Made by a program: the position numbers and the translations under genes
Notes under the pieces: model-generated
Databases searched by the model: none
Seen by the model: the letters and a program-made list of their open reading frames with translations, nothing else
What the model was told of the DNA's origin: nothing
Shown: positions 1-9,976 of the stretch, piece after piece
Layout of the letters: the number at the start of each line of letters is the position of its first letter
Position numbering within the stretch: the first letter of the stretch is position 1
Origin: Candidatus Moraniibacteriota bacterium
GTDB lineage: Bacteria; Patescibacteriota; Minisyncoccia; Moranbacterales; GCA-2747515
Length of the DNA: 64,000 bases
Direction: 5' to 3'
NCBI GenBank assembly: GCA_016699795.1
Contig: CP065011.1
Span: forward strand, 155,131-219,130

Positions 1-573
1 GCTATTCATAAGCATTGCTTTCATAAGATTGCGAACTGTTATTTTTTCTCCTACTTGCAATCGTGTATCTATACAATATCCAGATCGAGGACATCCAATT
101 ACAGTCCCTTCGACAGAACGCATTTCTTGCGTAATAGTAACAACATCATCAAGGTTTTTTATATTCTCCATAACAAGAAGTGCTGTCATCATTTTCGTAA
201 GAGATGCAATTTCTCGCCGTTCTTTGCCCGCAGAATAATGAAGAATTGTTCCTGAATCCACATCAAGAATAACGGAAGCATGCGCAGTAGGAAACGCTGT
301 TTCTGAATAATTTTTTTTCAAACTCGGCGTAATTTTTTCCCAAGCCACCAATTTTTCCACAGAAACAGAAGAATATCCCAATCCTTTTTTTTCTTCATCT
401 TTTATAAATGCCCCTAAAACATTACCTGATGTCACCGATATATTGTATTCAGATTCTTCTTCTTTCCCTATCGCGAGAAGAAAAGGATGAGCCACATCCC
501 AAACAAAAAAAGTCGAAAGTGTTATCGAAAAAATGAAAAAAAGTAATGTTGTTATTATTGTAGGTCTATGCAT
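1..573 (-). CDS. D-alanyl-D-alanine carboxypeptidase (serine PBP5/DacA family), N-terminal part; gene continues beyond the window start
   Basis: Minus-strand translation from ATG at 573: MHRPTIITTLLFF..ASVILDVDSGTILHYSAGKERREIASLTKMMTALLV. SxxK active-site motif (SLTK) in a DacA-like context; signal-peptide-like N-terminus. Not in the ORF track because it runs off the window. Confidence 0.6.
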   Translation of the reverse strand, partial: MHRPTIITTLLFFIFSITLSTFFVWDVAHPFLLAIGKEEESEYNISVTSGNVLGAFIKDEEKKGLGYSSVSVEKLVAWEKITPSLKKNYSETAFPTAHASVILDVDSGTILHYSAGKERREIASLTKMMTALLVMENIKNLDDVVTITQEMRSVEGTVIGCPRSGYCIDTRLQVGEKITVRNLMKAMLMNS

Positions 574-1126
574 CTCCATCTCCATCTCGAATTAAACGAG
601 GATCCTTCTGAAGCTCCTCATAATCCGGGAGTTGTTTAAGTGAAGTAAGTCCGACACTCTCAAGAAAAAGCGATGTGGGTCCATAAAAAAAGACTCGGTT
701 ATTCTGGGGATGATCGACTTTTTGTATAAGACCTCGTACCAAAAGATTTCTCAATGCAAATGTACAATTCGCCCCCCGAATATACTCAATTTCTTGTCTG
801 GAAACAGGTGCTCGATATGCTACTATAGACAAAACTTCCAAGAGTGAAGATGAGAGAGGTGTCTCCACATCTTTCTTCATTAATTTTTCTACAAGAGGAG
901 CATTCTTCGCTTTTGTTACCAACACCAGAGTATCATCTTTTTCAATCAAGGACAAACCACTTTCTGCACGACTACAACGCATTTCCAAATTCTCTAATAT
1001 TTCTTCCAAATCCTCTTGTGTAACATCGATTAATTTCATCAATTTTTTCTTAGAAATAGGATCTCCAGAAATAAAAAGAATACTTTCTAAAGCACTTACC
1101 AACCGATTGCAATTCTGTTCATCCAT
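566..1126 (-). CDS. scpB: segregation and condensation protein B
   Basis: 186 aa; ScpB-like sequence (LESILFISGDPIS..., two winged-helix regions); immediately downstream of scpA in the same orientation. Confidence 0.85.
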   Translation of the reverse strand: MDEQNCNRLVSALESILFISGDPISKKKLMKLIDVTQEDLEEILENLEMRCSRAESGLSLIEKDDTLVLVTKAKNAPLVEKLMKKDVETPLSSSLLEVLSIVAYRAPVSRQEIEYIRGANCTFALRNLLVRGLIQKVDHPQNNRVFFYGPTSLFLESVGLTSLKQLPDYEELQKDPRLIRDGDGDA

Positions 1127-1138
1127 ATTTTTATACTA

Positions 1139-1852
1139 TCATTTCTTTTTTTCCAAAAAAATATCCCCAAAACATTCTTCCTGTCGAGCTATTATAATTT
1201 GAGTGCGAGAAAGCTCCAAAACAGCAAGAAAAGAAACAGCTACCTCTTCAACCTTTGCAGAATCCCCTATAAGTTTAGAAAATGTTCCTGTAAGACGTCT
1301 CCCCACAAGCGTGCGGATATGTCGGATTTTTTCTTCCAAACTTATCACTTGACGGATCACTTTTTTCTTCAAAATTTTAGGATCAGGTATTCGAGAAAGT
1401 GTTTTTTTAAATAACTCATAAAATTCTTGAGGAAAAAGAGTGTATTTTTGATTCTTTTTTGGCAAGAAAAAACTTTCAGTTTGCAAATATGCCTCTCTTC
1501 GAAATAACGTATTTTTGGAGGTATAAAGTTCGAAAATAAGTTCACTTGCCTCTTTGAAACGTTTGTATTCTTTCAATTGAAATTCTAATTCGTAAGCATC
1601 TTCTTCTTTTTCAGTTTCTTCTTCCAAAACAGGAAGAAGTGCTCGAGATTTTATAACAAGAAGTTTTGCTGCAACCACAAGAAAGTCTGCCAGAAAATCC
1701 AAAGAAATATTTTTGGACGTTTCTATATACCGAACAAACTGATCGGTAACCAAAGAAAGACTAACTTGAGTAATGTCTAATTTTCTTCGTTCTATCATCT
1801 CCAAAAGTACATCCATTGGGCCTTCAAACTGTTGTGTTTTCACTATGTACAT
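1139..1852 (-). CDS. scpA: segregation and condensation protein A
   Basis: 237 aa; ScpA-like N-terminus (QQFEGPMDVLLEMIERRKLDITQVSL) and kleisin C-terminal region; 12-nt gap to scpB. Confidence 0.85.
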   Translation of the reverse strand: MYIVKTQQFEGPMDVLLEMIERRKLDITQVSLSLVTDQFVRYIETSKNISLDFLADFLVVAAKLLVIKSRALLPVLEEETEKEEDAYELEFQLKEYKRFKEASELIFELYTSKNTLFRREAYLQTESFFLPKKNQKYTLFPQEFYELFKKTLSRIPDPKILKKKVIRQVISLEEKIRHIRTLVGRRLTGTFSKLIGDSAKVEEVAVSFLAVLELSRTQIIIARQEECFGDIFLEKKK

Positions 1853-1857
1853 AAAAA

Positions 1858-3090
1858 TCAGTCCTTAAATGCGTAGTTATCTCGAAGTGAAAAAGCTGGA
1901 TATAGAGCTAAAATTATAAAGATAAATGCAAGCCAAAATACATAAGAAATACTTCCAAAAATAAGAAAAAAGGATGAGGTAATTGCAACTACCACATACC
2001 CCAAAGATCCCGCCGTTCGAAATAAGCTTATAAGTCCCACAGCATCCCCGTCAATTTTTTTGTAGAAATACGAATCACGAAGCACTTCCAGAAGAGCTGC
2101 GCCAATCCTTCCAAAAATAAGAACCAAGCCCCAAATAAAAATAGAATTTGTTGTAATAAAAGGCATGCAAAAAACTCCAATTCCCATAATAATAAGAGCT
2201 ACCACTATAAGTTCTTTCTCTCCGAACCATCGATCAGCGATATAGCCAATAGGATATTGCAAAAAAACAAAAGGTAGCAATGCCAAAGAAAGAATGATAC
2301 CAATATCAGTCAAAGCTAAGCCCAAAGAAGTTAAATAAAGAGGTGTGAAGATTATTAATACGGCATAAAAAACTTCAAGAGTAAATGCCAACCAATAAAT
2401 AAAGAAAAGATCTTGATTTTTTCGTGCTTCGTGAAAAAATTTTCTAAAAACAATTTTTTGGGAGGTCCTTTGATTATTTTTCGAAAGTGCGAACACACTA
2501 AGAATAAGAAAGAGAGAGAAAAGTATTACGGTAAAAGAATACAGTGTTTGATATCCATAAGCATCAATAACGGCCGTAGAAAATACTGGTCCCAGAAGAA
2601 GTCCTGCGTTCATACAAGCAAGAAATATACCCCGAATCCTCCCCGATCGAGAATCAACAGAAAATCCTTCCAAAATAGAATCTAAATTTGTCCACAAAAC
2701 TTTCCCCAAAAAAAGGGAAAAAATAAGAAAAATTGAAGGAAGTGGCGCTGGACTAAACAAAGACAATCCCAGAGAAACTAAAATTTCGAGAAAAAGCAAG
2801 AAAAATAAAACGGTTGATTTTCCAAATACATACACTATGCGATCAAAGAAGAGTAATTCACAAAAACTCAACAAATAAACGAAAAGATATATCAATCCAA
2901 CATTTTCAGTATTCCATGCTTGGGAAAAATAAGATGATGCTGTGTACATTATCAACGACCCACATAAGCCCAAGAAAAAAGACATCCCAAATAAAAGTCT
3001 GATTTTTCCTCCATTAAAAACTTCATTCTTTTTCAAAACCATATAAGGTCTTTTATTTTTCAGGAATAATTTCTCGAACATATTCCACAA
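1858..3090 (-). CDS. MFS-type transporter
   Basis: 410 aa, about 12 predicted TM helices, MFS-like loop motif (GRIGAALLE); 5' end overlaps the upstream response regulator by 38 nt. Confidence 0.65.
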   Translation of the reverse strand: MWNMFEKLFLKNKRPYMVLKKNEVFNGGKIRLLFGMSFFLGLCGSLIMYTASSYFSQAWNTENVGLIYLFVYLLSFCELLFFDRIVYVFGKSTVLFFLLFLEILVSLGLSLFSPAPLPSIFLIFSLFLGKVLWTNLDSILEGFSVDSRSGRIRGIFLACMNAGLLLGPVFSTAVIDAYGYQTLYSFTVILFSLFLILSVFALSKNNQRTSQKIVFRKFFHEARKNQDLFFIYWLAFTLEVFYAVLIIFTPLYLTSLGLALTDIGIILSLALLPFVFLQYPIGYIADRWFGEKELIVVALIIMGIGVFCMPFITTNSIFIWGLVLIFGRIGAALLEVLRDSYFYKKIDGDAVGLISLFRTAGSLGYVVVAITSSFFLIFGSISYVFWLAFIFIILALYPAFSLRDNYAFKD

Positions 3091-3928
3091 GCTCGCTTGG
3101 AGTTATGTGAGTTTTAAGAAAAAATCCCTGAATTCCCAATTCTCGAACCTCTTCTTCTTGTTTATCCAATATAGATGCTGACATAACAATAATAGGAAGA
3201 TCGTATGTTTCTTTATTTTTTCGTATCAAACTAACAAGTTCATTTCCTGGCATTTCAGGCAAAAGAATATCTGTTATAACAAGATCAGGTTTGTTTTGAT
3301 TTATTAAATCCAAAGCCTCTCTTCCGGATGTGCATACCGTCAAGCGAAATCCCTCTTTACGAAGTCTTTCTGAAAATAAATCAACAAAAACCTCTTCATC
3401 TTCAACAAATAATATATATCTTCCTTTTTCTTCTTCAACCTCCACAACTTCTTCTTTTATCTCCGATTTTTCTTTCAATGAAGCTTCTTTCTCTTTCAAA
3501 GCATCCATTCTCTCTTCATCAGAAAAATGTAATGTTCGGTTTTTTCTTCGCTCACGAATTTCTCGAAGATACCGTTCTATTTCTTTAAGAAATTCAGAAG
3601 GATTAAATTGTGATTTTGATATAAATCCGGATGCCCCATATCGAAAAGCGGATTCTTGATTCTCGGTATCATTTAAATTACTAAAAATAACAATCGGCGA
3701 AGGAAGTGGGAGAGCGCCTTCATTGGAGATTTCTTTCAAAATAGTTATTCCGTCAAGACCAGGGAGTACAAGATCCAAAAGAACAAGGTCATATGAGCCA
3801 AGACGAATTTTCTTTTCTGCTTGATTTCCATCAGCCGCCAACTCAACTTTATAACCTACTTGTTCCAGTTTTTTTTGGTAAATTTCTGAAATCATCTCAT
3901 CATCTTCTACGAGTAAAATCTTTTCCAT
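3053..3928 (-). CDS. response regulator with two tandem receiver (REC) domains and no output domain
   Basis: REC1: LLVEDDEMI..DLVLLDLVLPGLDG. REC2: ILFVEDEEVF..DLVITDILLPEMPG..PIIVMSAS. Two phospho-acceptor Asp contexts; acidic linker. Confidence 0.8.
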   Translation of the reverse strand: MEKILLVEDDEMISEIYQKKLEQVGYKVELAADGNQAEKKIRLGSYDLVLLDLVLPGLDGITILKEISNEGALPLPSPIVIFSNLNDTENQESAFRYGASGFISKSQFNPSEFLKEIERYLREIRERRKNRTLHFSDEERMDALKEKEASLKEKSEIKEEVVEVEEEKGRYILFVEDEEVFVDLFSERLRKEGFRLTVCTSGREALDLINQNKPDLVITDILLPEMPGNELVSLIRKNKETYDLPIIVMSASILDKQEEEVRELGIQGFFLKTHITPSELVEYVREIIPEK

Positions 3929-3942
3929 ATTTTTTTACATTA

Positions 3943-5664
3943 TTATTCCAGGAAATCCTGTTCTTTATTTTTTTCTTCCGGTTTAAAATCTAGAGGTAAA
4001 GTTATAGTAAATATCGTTCCTTTACCTTCCCCCTCTGAAACAAATGTTATCTTCCCTTTATGTGCGAGTATTATTTTCTTTCCCACATAAAGACCGAGCC
4101 CTGTACCACTTGCATGAAGCCGGCCCGTATCTTTTCCTCGACAGAATTTTTCAAAAAGATTTGGGCTATCCTCTGGAAGAATGCCTATTCCGGAATCTTG
4201 TATAGCAATCACAATTTTTCCAGAATCTTCAAAAATGGAAATTCGAACAAATCCTTTCTTTGTATATTTTATAGCATTATCGATGAGATTCCACAAAACT
4301 TCTCGGATCTTAGCTTCATCTACAAGTATCTGGGGGAGTTTTTCTTCTGGAAGTTTTAGAGTAAATTCCAAACCAGCATCTCGAGCCCTTATTCGAAGCA
4401 TCTCAAAAACACTTTCCACAACATCATCTAATTGACAAGGTGCAAAAGTATATTCGAATTTTCCCGATTCAATACGAGAGATATTCAAAAGATCCTCCAC
4501 TAATTGAATAAGGCGATCATTGGAAAGATATACTTTATTGAGAGCATTTCGGACAGAAGCTTCCACACTTCCATACGATCCCTCCAAAATAAGAGAAACA
4601 AAACCCTTTATAGCAGTAAGTGGGGTCCTTAACTGATGAGAAGCGATAGAAATAAATTCTGATTTTACTCGATCAAGCTGTTTGAGTCGATCATTCGCAA
4701 GAAGTAATTTATCCGCCATCTTTTGGAGCTCTTCCTTTCGCTGGATATTTCTCTTCGTTGAACCAATAAGCATAAATCCTGCAATGCTAATCAGAATAAG
4801 AGAAATAGCTGTTAAAACCATATTAATTCGATTCTGTATAAAAAAGAATTGTGAGCCAATAAGAAAAATAATTGTCCACACCAAAATCTGAATACCTAAT
4901 AATTTTATATTCATGATATTAAATTTCACAATCGCATACGCAAGAAACCCAATAAAAACAGGCATTCCAAAAAGACCATACAATTCATATGAATATCCAA
5001 CTGTTGCCTCTAAATAACCTTTTTCTATAACATAATTAGATAACATATTAGCAAATAGAAACATAGCAAGAAAAAGATTTAAACCTATAGCCACCGTTCG
5101 AACTTTTCTTTTTTCTTCTTCCTTAGCTTTTTTATATTCTCGAAAAGAAAAAATAAGAATAATCGAAAAAATTATTATTTTTAAATAATCAACATAATCC
5201 TTAAATAAAACCTCCTCGACAGGAACACATTCATTACCATCAAAATAAACAAGATTATAGGGAGTTCCTAAATAAAATATAATAGGAACAAGGAAAAGAA
5301 AACCTATTATTTTAAAGAGAAAGGGAATATCCCTTTCATAAATAAAAACATAAAAAAAATAAAAACCTAACATAAAAATGAGAGCATCTGTCAGAGATCC
5401 AATGGACCAAAAAAACATATACATTCTACTGTCATAGCTCGTCCAAAGAATGATATTCATAGCTAGGAACAAAGAAAAAACCAAACACAAAGAAAAAAAT
5501 ATTTTACTTATTAAAGATTTTCCTCCTTTAAAATAAACCAGCAAACCTATGAATAAGGAAATAATTGCTGTGGGTATATGAGAGTAATACACAAGGCCCA
5601 AAGAAACAGATTCTTTCACAAGCATCGCACATTGTTCTATGTTGGAAACAAAATCAAATGTCAT
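3943..5664 (-). CDS. sensor histidine kinase (multi-TM N-terminal domain)
   Basis: 573 aa; HisKA H-box (IASHQLRTPLTAIKGF); HATPase_c N/G boxes (NLIDNAIKYT, DSGIGI, GTGLGL); about 8 TM helices at the N-terminus. Confidence 0.8.
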   Translation of the reverse strand: MTFDFVSNIEQCAMLVKESVSLGLVYYSHIPTAIISLFIGLLVYFKGGKSLISKIFFSLCLVFSLFLAMNIILWTSYDSRMYMFFWSIGSLTDALIFMLGFYFFYVFIYERDIPFLFKIIGFLFLVPIIFYLGTPYNLVYFDGNECVPVEEVLFKDYVDYLKIIIFSIILIFSFREYKKAKEEEKRKVRTVAIGLNLFLAMFLFANMLSNYVIEKGYLEATVGYSYELYGLFGMPVFIGFLAYAIVKFNIMNIKLLGIQILVWTIIFLIGSQFFFIQNRINMVLTAISLILISIAGFMLIGSTKRNIQRKEELQKMADKLLLANDRLKQLDRVKSEFISIASHQLRTPLTAIKGFVSLILEGSYGSVEASVRNALNKVYLSNDRLIQLVEDLLNISRIESGKFEYTFAPCQLDDVVESVFEMLRIRARDAGLEFTLKLPEEKLPQILVDEAKIREVLWNLIDNAIKYTKKGFVRISIFEDSGKIVIAIQDSGIGILPEDSPNLFEKFCRGKDTGRLHASGTGLGLYVGKKIILAHKGKITFVSEGEGKGTIFTITLPLDFKPEEKNKEQDFLE

Positions 5665-6448
5665 ATTTTTTATTTTCTAATAAACGTTGAGCCACTTCTT
5701 TCATTTTACCAGAATATCCACACCAAAACAATTCATTTTCATCTGGTATGACTACCATAGGAACAATGAGGGGTTTTATACCAAAAGTTTGAATAATTTC
5801 TTGGAAACTAGGAATAAATCTTTTCTGTGTAAATTCAACCTCAGCGCCCTCAATAAGATAATTTTCAAAGAGTATTCCATGCGTAAGAAATAATGCCAAA
5901 TACTGAGAATAGTATTCTCCTATTACTCTATGTTCATTAAACCAATCCGAAAACTCCACAATAGAACTCAAATCAAAATTGGGTATTGATTCTGTAAGCA
6001 TCGCGTGATGAAAATCTTTTAAACTCATTCCATTTAGAGTATTCACATCTTTTATACAAAGACCCTCATAAAAATTGAAATCCACAATCCTCTTGGCCGA
6101 TATTATTTTTTCATATTTTTTATTTTTATTTTCTTCGAAAAAATAAAGTTTACAAAGACAATACTTTGTTTGATTTTTTGCTACGAATTTTCCCGCGAGG
6201 TATTCCAGATAGAGAGGAGAAAGACCTGAATGTGTTACCATGTCATAAAAAAAATGAAACTCATAATTAGGACTCATAATTTCTCTAGAGATAACAGCTC
6301 GTGGAGATTCTCCCATACCAAGAGGAAAGTCATTTCCCAAAAATTTTTCCACCCTTTTTCGTAAATCTTTATCTTGCCACCTTTTTTTTATTTCATATTT
6401 GGCTTCAGATAATTTGGTGTACACATTTAATTCGGAAAAATCTTTCAT
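5654..6448 (-). CDS. hypothetical protein, first gene of the HK-RR operon
   Basis: 264 aa ORF with coding-like composition; overlaps the HK start by 11 nt; no motif recognised. Confidence 0.45.
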   Translation of the reverse strand: MKDFSELNVYTKLSEAKYEIKKRWQDKDLRKRVEKFLGNDFPLGMGESPRAVISREIMSPNYEFHFFYDMVTHSGLSPLYLEYLAGKFVAKNQTKYCLCKLYFFEENKNKKYEKIISAKRIVDFNFYEGLCIKDVNTLNGMSLKDFHHAMLTESIPNFDLSSIVEFSDWFNEHRVIGEYYSQYLALFLTHGILFENYLIEGAEVEFTQKRFIPSFQEIIQTFGIKPLIVPMVVIPDENELFWCGYSGKMKEVAQRLLENKKYDI

Positions 6449-6632
6449 ATATATTTACATTATTTAAAATACCTATTTATAGGATTGTTATCAATCTTCA
6501 TTTTCCATTGCAATTTCCAAATTTTCACTGCAAATTCGATGAAAATTTAAAAATTTCATTTACAAAAAGAAATTAGCAACAATTCCTTTATACCATAAAT
6601 TAAAAAAGGAATCTCATTGTATAAAGATTCCT

Positions 6633-7196
6633 TTAAAAGAAAATACTCGCTGAGTATTTTGTTAATTCCAAAAGAAAAAACTGTCGAGTAGTCCAGTATG
6701 CCGTACCAATGACCGAACTACCCAAGAAAACAAGCCAGTCTTTCTTGGAAAAAATCAAGGATCTTCTCGTGCCATTACTTGTTCGCAAATAAGCAACAGC
6801 AAAAAATGAATCCTGGAAAATACTCAGACTGAGAAAGGTGATAATCCTTCTCCAAGAAGAGAATTTTTCAGAGAAAATACTCAGGATTTTTCTTAAAAAT
6901 CCAGTCTCTCCGACAAATACCACTCTGAAGTAAAAGGCTATTATTATTTTTCTTATAAACCTTTCCACCAAATCTAGACCCGTCCAATCGAGTTCAGTCA
7001 TTGCGTGGAAATGAATGAGGATCCTATTTATAATGATAGCCCCTACCATAAGCCAGATCCAGCCATGAATAGGTCCCAGCCATTCAATTACCACTAGCCA
7101 TAGTGGATAATTGTAAAGCCAATTAATGACAGCAAGGGTTGAGAGTCCCGCTCCAATTTGAACGATTCTTTCTCTATATTTGGAGAGAATATTCAC
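6633..7196 (-). CDS. hypothetical integral membrane protein
   Basis: 187 aa with several hydrophobic segments; no recognisable motif. Confidence 0.4.
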   Translation of the reverse strand: MNILSKYRERIVQIGAGLSTLAVINWLYNYPLWLVVIEWLGPIHGWIWLMVGAIIINRILIHFHAMTELDWTGLDLVERFIRKIIIAFYFRVVFVGETGFLRKILSIFSEKFSSWRRIITFLSLSIFQDSFFAVAYLRTSNGTRRSLIFSKKDWLVFLGSSVIGTAYWTTRQFFLLELTKYSASIFF

Positions 7197-7280
7197 TTTA
7201 GCACCTCCTTTTTTTGAATAAGAACTTGCTCTATAATAACAGAAATCAAAGAAAAAGTCAAGAAAAAAAAGTATTCGTCA

Positions 7281-7321
7281 AGGCTCTAGACTAGAAGAAT
7301 TTTTTCTAATAGCCTAGAGCT
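7281..7321. terminator. long-loop inverted repeat (GGCTCTAG ... CTAGAGC) downstream of the DUF62-1 gene; possible terminator
   Basis: 8-bp inverted repeat with a U-rich loop, just past the stop of the 7361..8128 gene. Confidence 0.3.
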
Positions 7322-7360
7322 ATATTTAATTAAGATTTGATAAATTTAGCAAAAGACTTA

Positions 7361-8128
7361 TTAATAATCTATAGTAGTCCAAGTGACTCTGTCACCAATT
7401 TTAATATAGAATTCTTTGTACCCCTCAGAGTACCGGACGGTACCCAATTCAGGTAAAGAATGGATGGAACTGCCCGCATAAAGGACCCAGTCTTTGTCGT
7501 CTTGTGTCATCATTCTGTTTGAGAATTTTGCTTCAAACTTCTCTTCGCTATTGATGAATATTTTAAATCTCTGACCTTCTTTAAATCTTGGTGTTTCACC
7601 CATCATCTTGAGAAGGCCAAAATTATCAATATGGACAATTGTTCCTGTGCTGATATCAAGGCTGATTAATTGCTCAGCATCAAATGGTTTACCGAAGCTA
7701 TTTAATGGTTCTCCTGCAACTAATTTCGCAACATTTGGTGCATGTACATATTTACCACCGAAAGAGACAAAACCTGGGTCATGTACTTCATACAATGTTT
7801 TGTATCCAAAATCTTTTAATACCCAACTTAATGCACCCGTGTTAGCGCTAAAAAACTTAATTCCATTATTAAGTTCTCCATATATTCGCGCTGAGCGATG
7901 TTTTTGAGGGTTAATTACCACTGAAAAAACAGTGTCTTCGAAGTAGTAATCAGCCATAAGCCTTGTCAAAAAAGCAGCATTTATAAGTGAGAATTCTGCA
8001 ACACACACAAGTTCAACCTCGACATCTTTAACTCCAAGTTTAAAACATTCGTTTAAAACAATTCGACGCATTTCATTAAAAGCAACATCTTTGCAGTCGG
8101 TGATAATTACTACATTTTTCTTATTCAT
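7361..8128 (-). CDS. DUF62 / SAM hydroxide adenosyltransferase-fluorinase-chlorinase family protein (paralog 1)
   Basis: 255 aa; N-terminal VVIITDCKDVAF (the TDFG-like nucleotide-pocket region) and HIDNFGLLK (IDxFGN motif) characteristic of PF01887 (5'-deoxyadenosyl transferase family: FlA, SalL, SAM hydrolase). About 50% identical to the ORF at 22883..23653. Confidence 0.7.
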   Translation of the reverse strand: MNKKNVVIITDCKDVAFNEMRRIVLNECFKLGVKDVEVELVCVAEFSLINAAFLTRLMADYYFEDTVFSVVINPQKHRSARIYGELNNGIKFFSANTGALSWVLKDFGYKTLYEVHDPGFVSFGGKYVHAPNVAKLVAGEPLNSFGKPFDAEQLISLDISTGTIVHIDNFGLLKMMGETPRFKEGQRFKIFINSEEKFEAKFSNRMMTQDDKDWVLYAGSSIHSLPELGTVRYSEGYKEFYIKIGDRVTWTTIDY

Positions 8129-8139
8129 ATACAGTTATA

Positions 8140-8805
8140 TTAAAAATCTCGTGAAATAAAATCATATCTTATCTGCTTATTCCTGTCTCTGAAATATATA
8201 TCCATATTAATCACTCCGGATTCATCAGTAAGATAGAAATCAAGAATAATGTACTCCCCAAGTGCTGGAGCCATATAGGACGAAAACGTCTTAATTCCAA
8301 ATATATCATCAATAATATGCATCATTATCTCAAAGTGTGACACTGCCAATACTTGTCTGAAAGATTCACCCGCAGTAATTCTGCGCAAAACAAGATCTGA
8401 AATGAATTTATAAAAGCGTAGACGCCTATTTGCGTGAGTCTCGACAATGTGCGAGCTTTTATGATATAGCTCACGATTCTCGTAATGCTCCCTCGCCACA
8501 TCGTCAAGTGTAAGTCCAAGATCCTTTTCACGAGTCAAAAAGGTCTGTAGATCTGCATAGTCACTTGAGCGAATCTCTTGTACCTCAAAATACTCATCGC
8601 TAGGCAAACCGGCACCTTTAACGATAAATTCAAGCGTGCCTCGCGCCCGCGCCTTAGGGGAATGCAATAGGTCAACTCTTGATTTTGCGTCAATAATACC
8701 CTGTTCAACCAAATCTTCACCAAGATGAATTGCTCGCTCAACACCCTCGGGTGTCAAATCGTGTCCTATGTCTTTGTAATACGGTGCCTCGTGTCTTATG
8801 AGCAC
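8140..8805 (-). CDS. histidine phosphatase (phosphoglycerate mutase-like) family protein
   Basis: 221 aa; LIRHEAP (RHG-like) and HSPKARARGTLEF (SPxxRAxxT) motifs. Locally GC-richer codons (cgcccgcgcc etc.) than neighbours. Confidence 0.6.
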   Translation of the reverse strand: MLIRHEAPYYKDIGHDLTPEGVERAIHLGEDLVEQGIIDAKSRVDLLHSPKARARGTLEFIVKGAGLPSDEYFEVQEIRSSDYADLQTFLTREKDLGLTLDDVAREHYENRELYHKSSHIVETHANRRLRFYKFISDLVLRRITAGESFRQVLAVSHFEIMMHIIDDIFGIKTFSSYMAPALGEYIILDFYLTDESGVINMDIYFRDRNKQIRYDFISRDF

Positions 8806-8825
8806 TAATCAAAATAGTTTATTAC

Positions 8826-9437
8826 TCATATATCAGATTTTATTTGCTCAAACAACTCCCAAAACGTACTCTGATTAAAATGCTCACGCTCGGCAATAAC
8901 TGATATTTTTGAATTAGGCAATTTTTGATGTAGGTATATTGCATTTCTTTCCGTGCACACTGGGTCGTTGTCCGAATACCAAACAAAAATATTTTTACAT
9001 TTGTCCGCAATAGTATGAACTGCGGAATAATCAAATGTAAATGTTCCGGTACTCTCGTTAAAATCTTTTGGTTGAAAATCGTCAGACACAAATGGGGCAA
9101 TGAGGTGTAAATTTTGTATTACGATTTCGTTCTCAACTAGATACTTAAGAATAAAGGTAGTACCTAGAGAGTGGGCCACAATATCAATGTTTCTATTTTT
9201 ATATTTTTCTATATATTTTTCAAACACGATTTTCCAAATAGAGTACTGTGCATGATCAACACCAGGCATTTTAACCTTCGCCACGTCAAAGACATTTTCA
9301 AATGACCAAAGTAACCAATCCATCCAGTATTTATCTGTATGCACATACTCTATATCAAAACTTTGATAATATTTTTGCATTTGCAAATCATCGCAAAATG
9401 AATTTCCACCACTGATACCAAGTAATACTTTTTTCAT
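8826..9437 (-). CDS. alpha/beta serine hydrolase, YdeN/RBBP9-like
   Basis: 203 aa; GxSxG nucleophile elbow (VAHSLGT); overall YdeN-like size and layout. Confidence 0.55.
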   Translation of the reverse strand: MKKVLLGISGGNSFCDDLQMQKYYQSFDIEYVHTDKYWMDWLLWSFENVFDVAKVKMPGVDHAQYSIWKIVFEKYIEKYKNRNIDIVAHSLGTTFILKYLVENEIVIQNLHLIAPFVSDDFQPKDFNESTGTFTFDYSAVHTIADKCKNIFVWYSDNDPVCTERNAIYLHQKLPNSKISVIAEREHFNQSTFWELFEQIKSDI

Positions 9438-9459
9438 ACTCTATATTATTGTTAATACG

Positions 9460-9936
9460 CTATGATAATATTTTCTGAACAAATTCAGGACCAAAACCAG
9501 AGGAAATACTTTTCTCTTTTGCATTTCCAAGCAATTTCGACGACCAATCAACAGACCCCCCTCCAGCAACAAGCACCGGACTATCATCATCTTTTTTGAC
9601 AAAGATATTAAAACAGAGATCATTGTAATAGCCTAATCCGCCTTTTCTGTTTAGTTCAATTACGAAATTAACCTCTGGAGAAAATGATCGCATGGAATCT
9701 AGCAAGGTCTTCTCTTTGTAAGCAATGTTTCTTACTGCATCTTGTATGCCGTATTTTTCTAAGTGATTTGTGGGAACTTCAGAAATAGAATACACCTCGT
9801 AAGGAAGATCGATATGATAATTCTTAAAAAGATCCCACTCGTCATTTAAAACATTTTTATTTATTTCCTCTCTAGGAACAGATATGTAGGATGCTAATAA
9901 GGGGCTAGTATCATTTCCTAGTTACAGTGTAAAAAA
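9460..9936 (-). pseudogene. HisRS/HisZ-like class-II aaRS catalytic-domain fragment (truncated remnant)
   Basis: The open frame extends upstream of the tracked ORF without an ATG. It contains GGLGYYNDLCFNIF (cf. RGLDYYTGTVFE), GGGSVD (cf. GGGRYD) and SGFGPEF (cf. GFAMGLER, motif 3). Motifs 1/2 and the anticodon-binding domain are absent. Confidence 0.4.
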
Positions 9937-9976
9937 GTATATTTTTTTCCTATTTATCTTCATTTTTCTCTTTCAT

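Noticed and set aside
2413-4435. Plus-strand ORFs inside the MFS, response-regulator and HK genes (2413..2685, 2814..3002, 3328..3659, 4060..4435)
   Set aside because: They are antisense to long, well-supported minus-strand genes; low-complexity translations; no motifs.
8325-8744. Two 68-69-aa minus-strand ORFs inside the histidine phosphatase gene
   Set aside because: Alternative frames of the same strand within a gene that has clear family motifs in the main frame.
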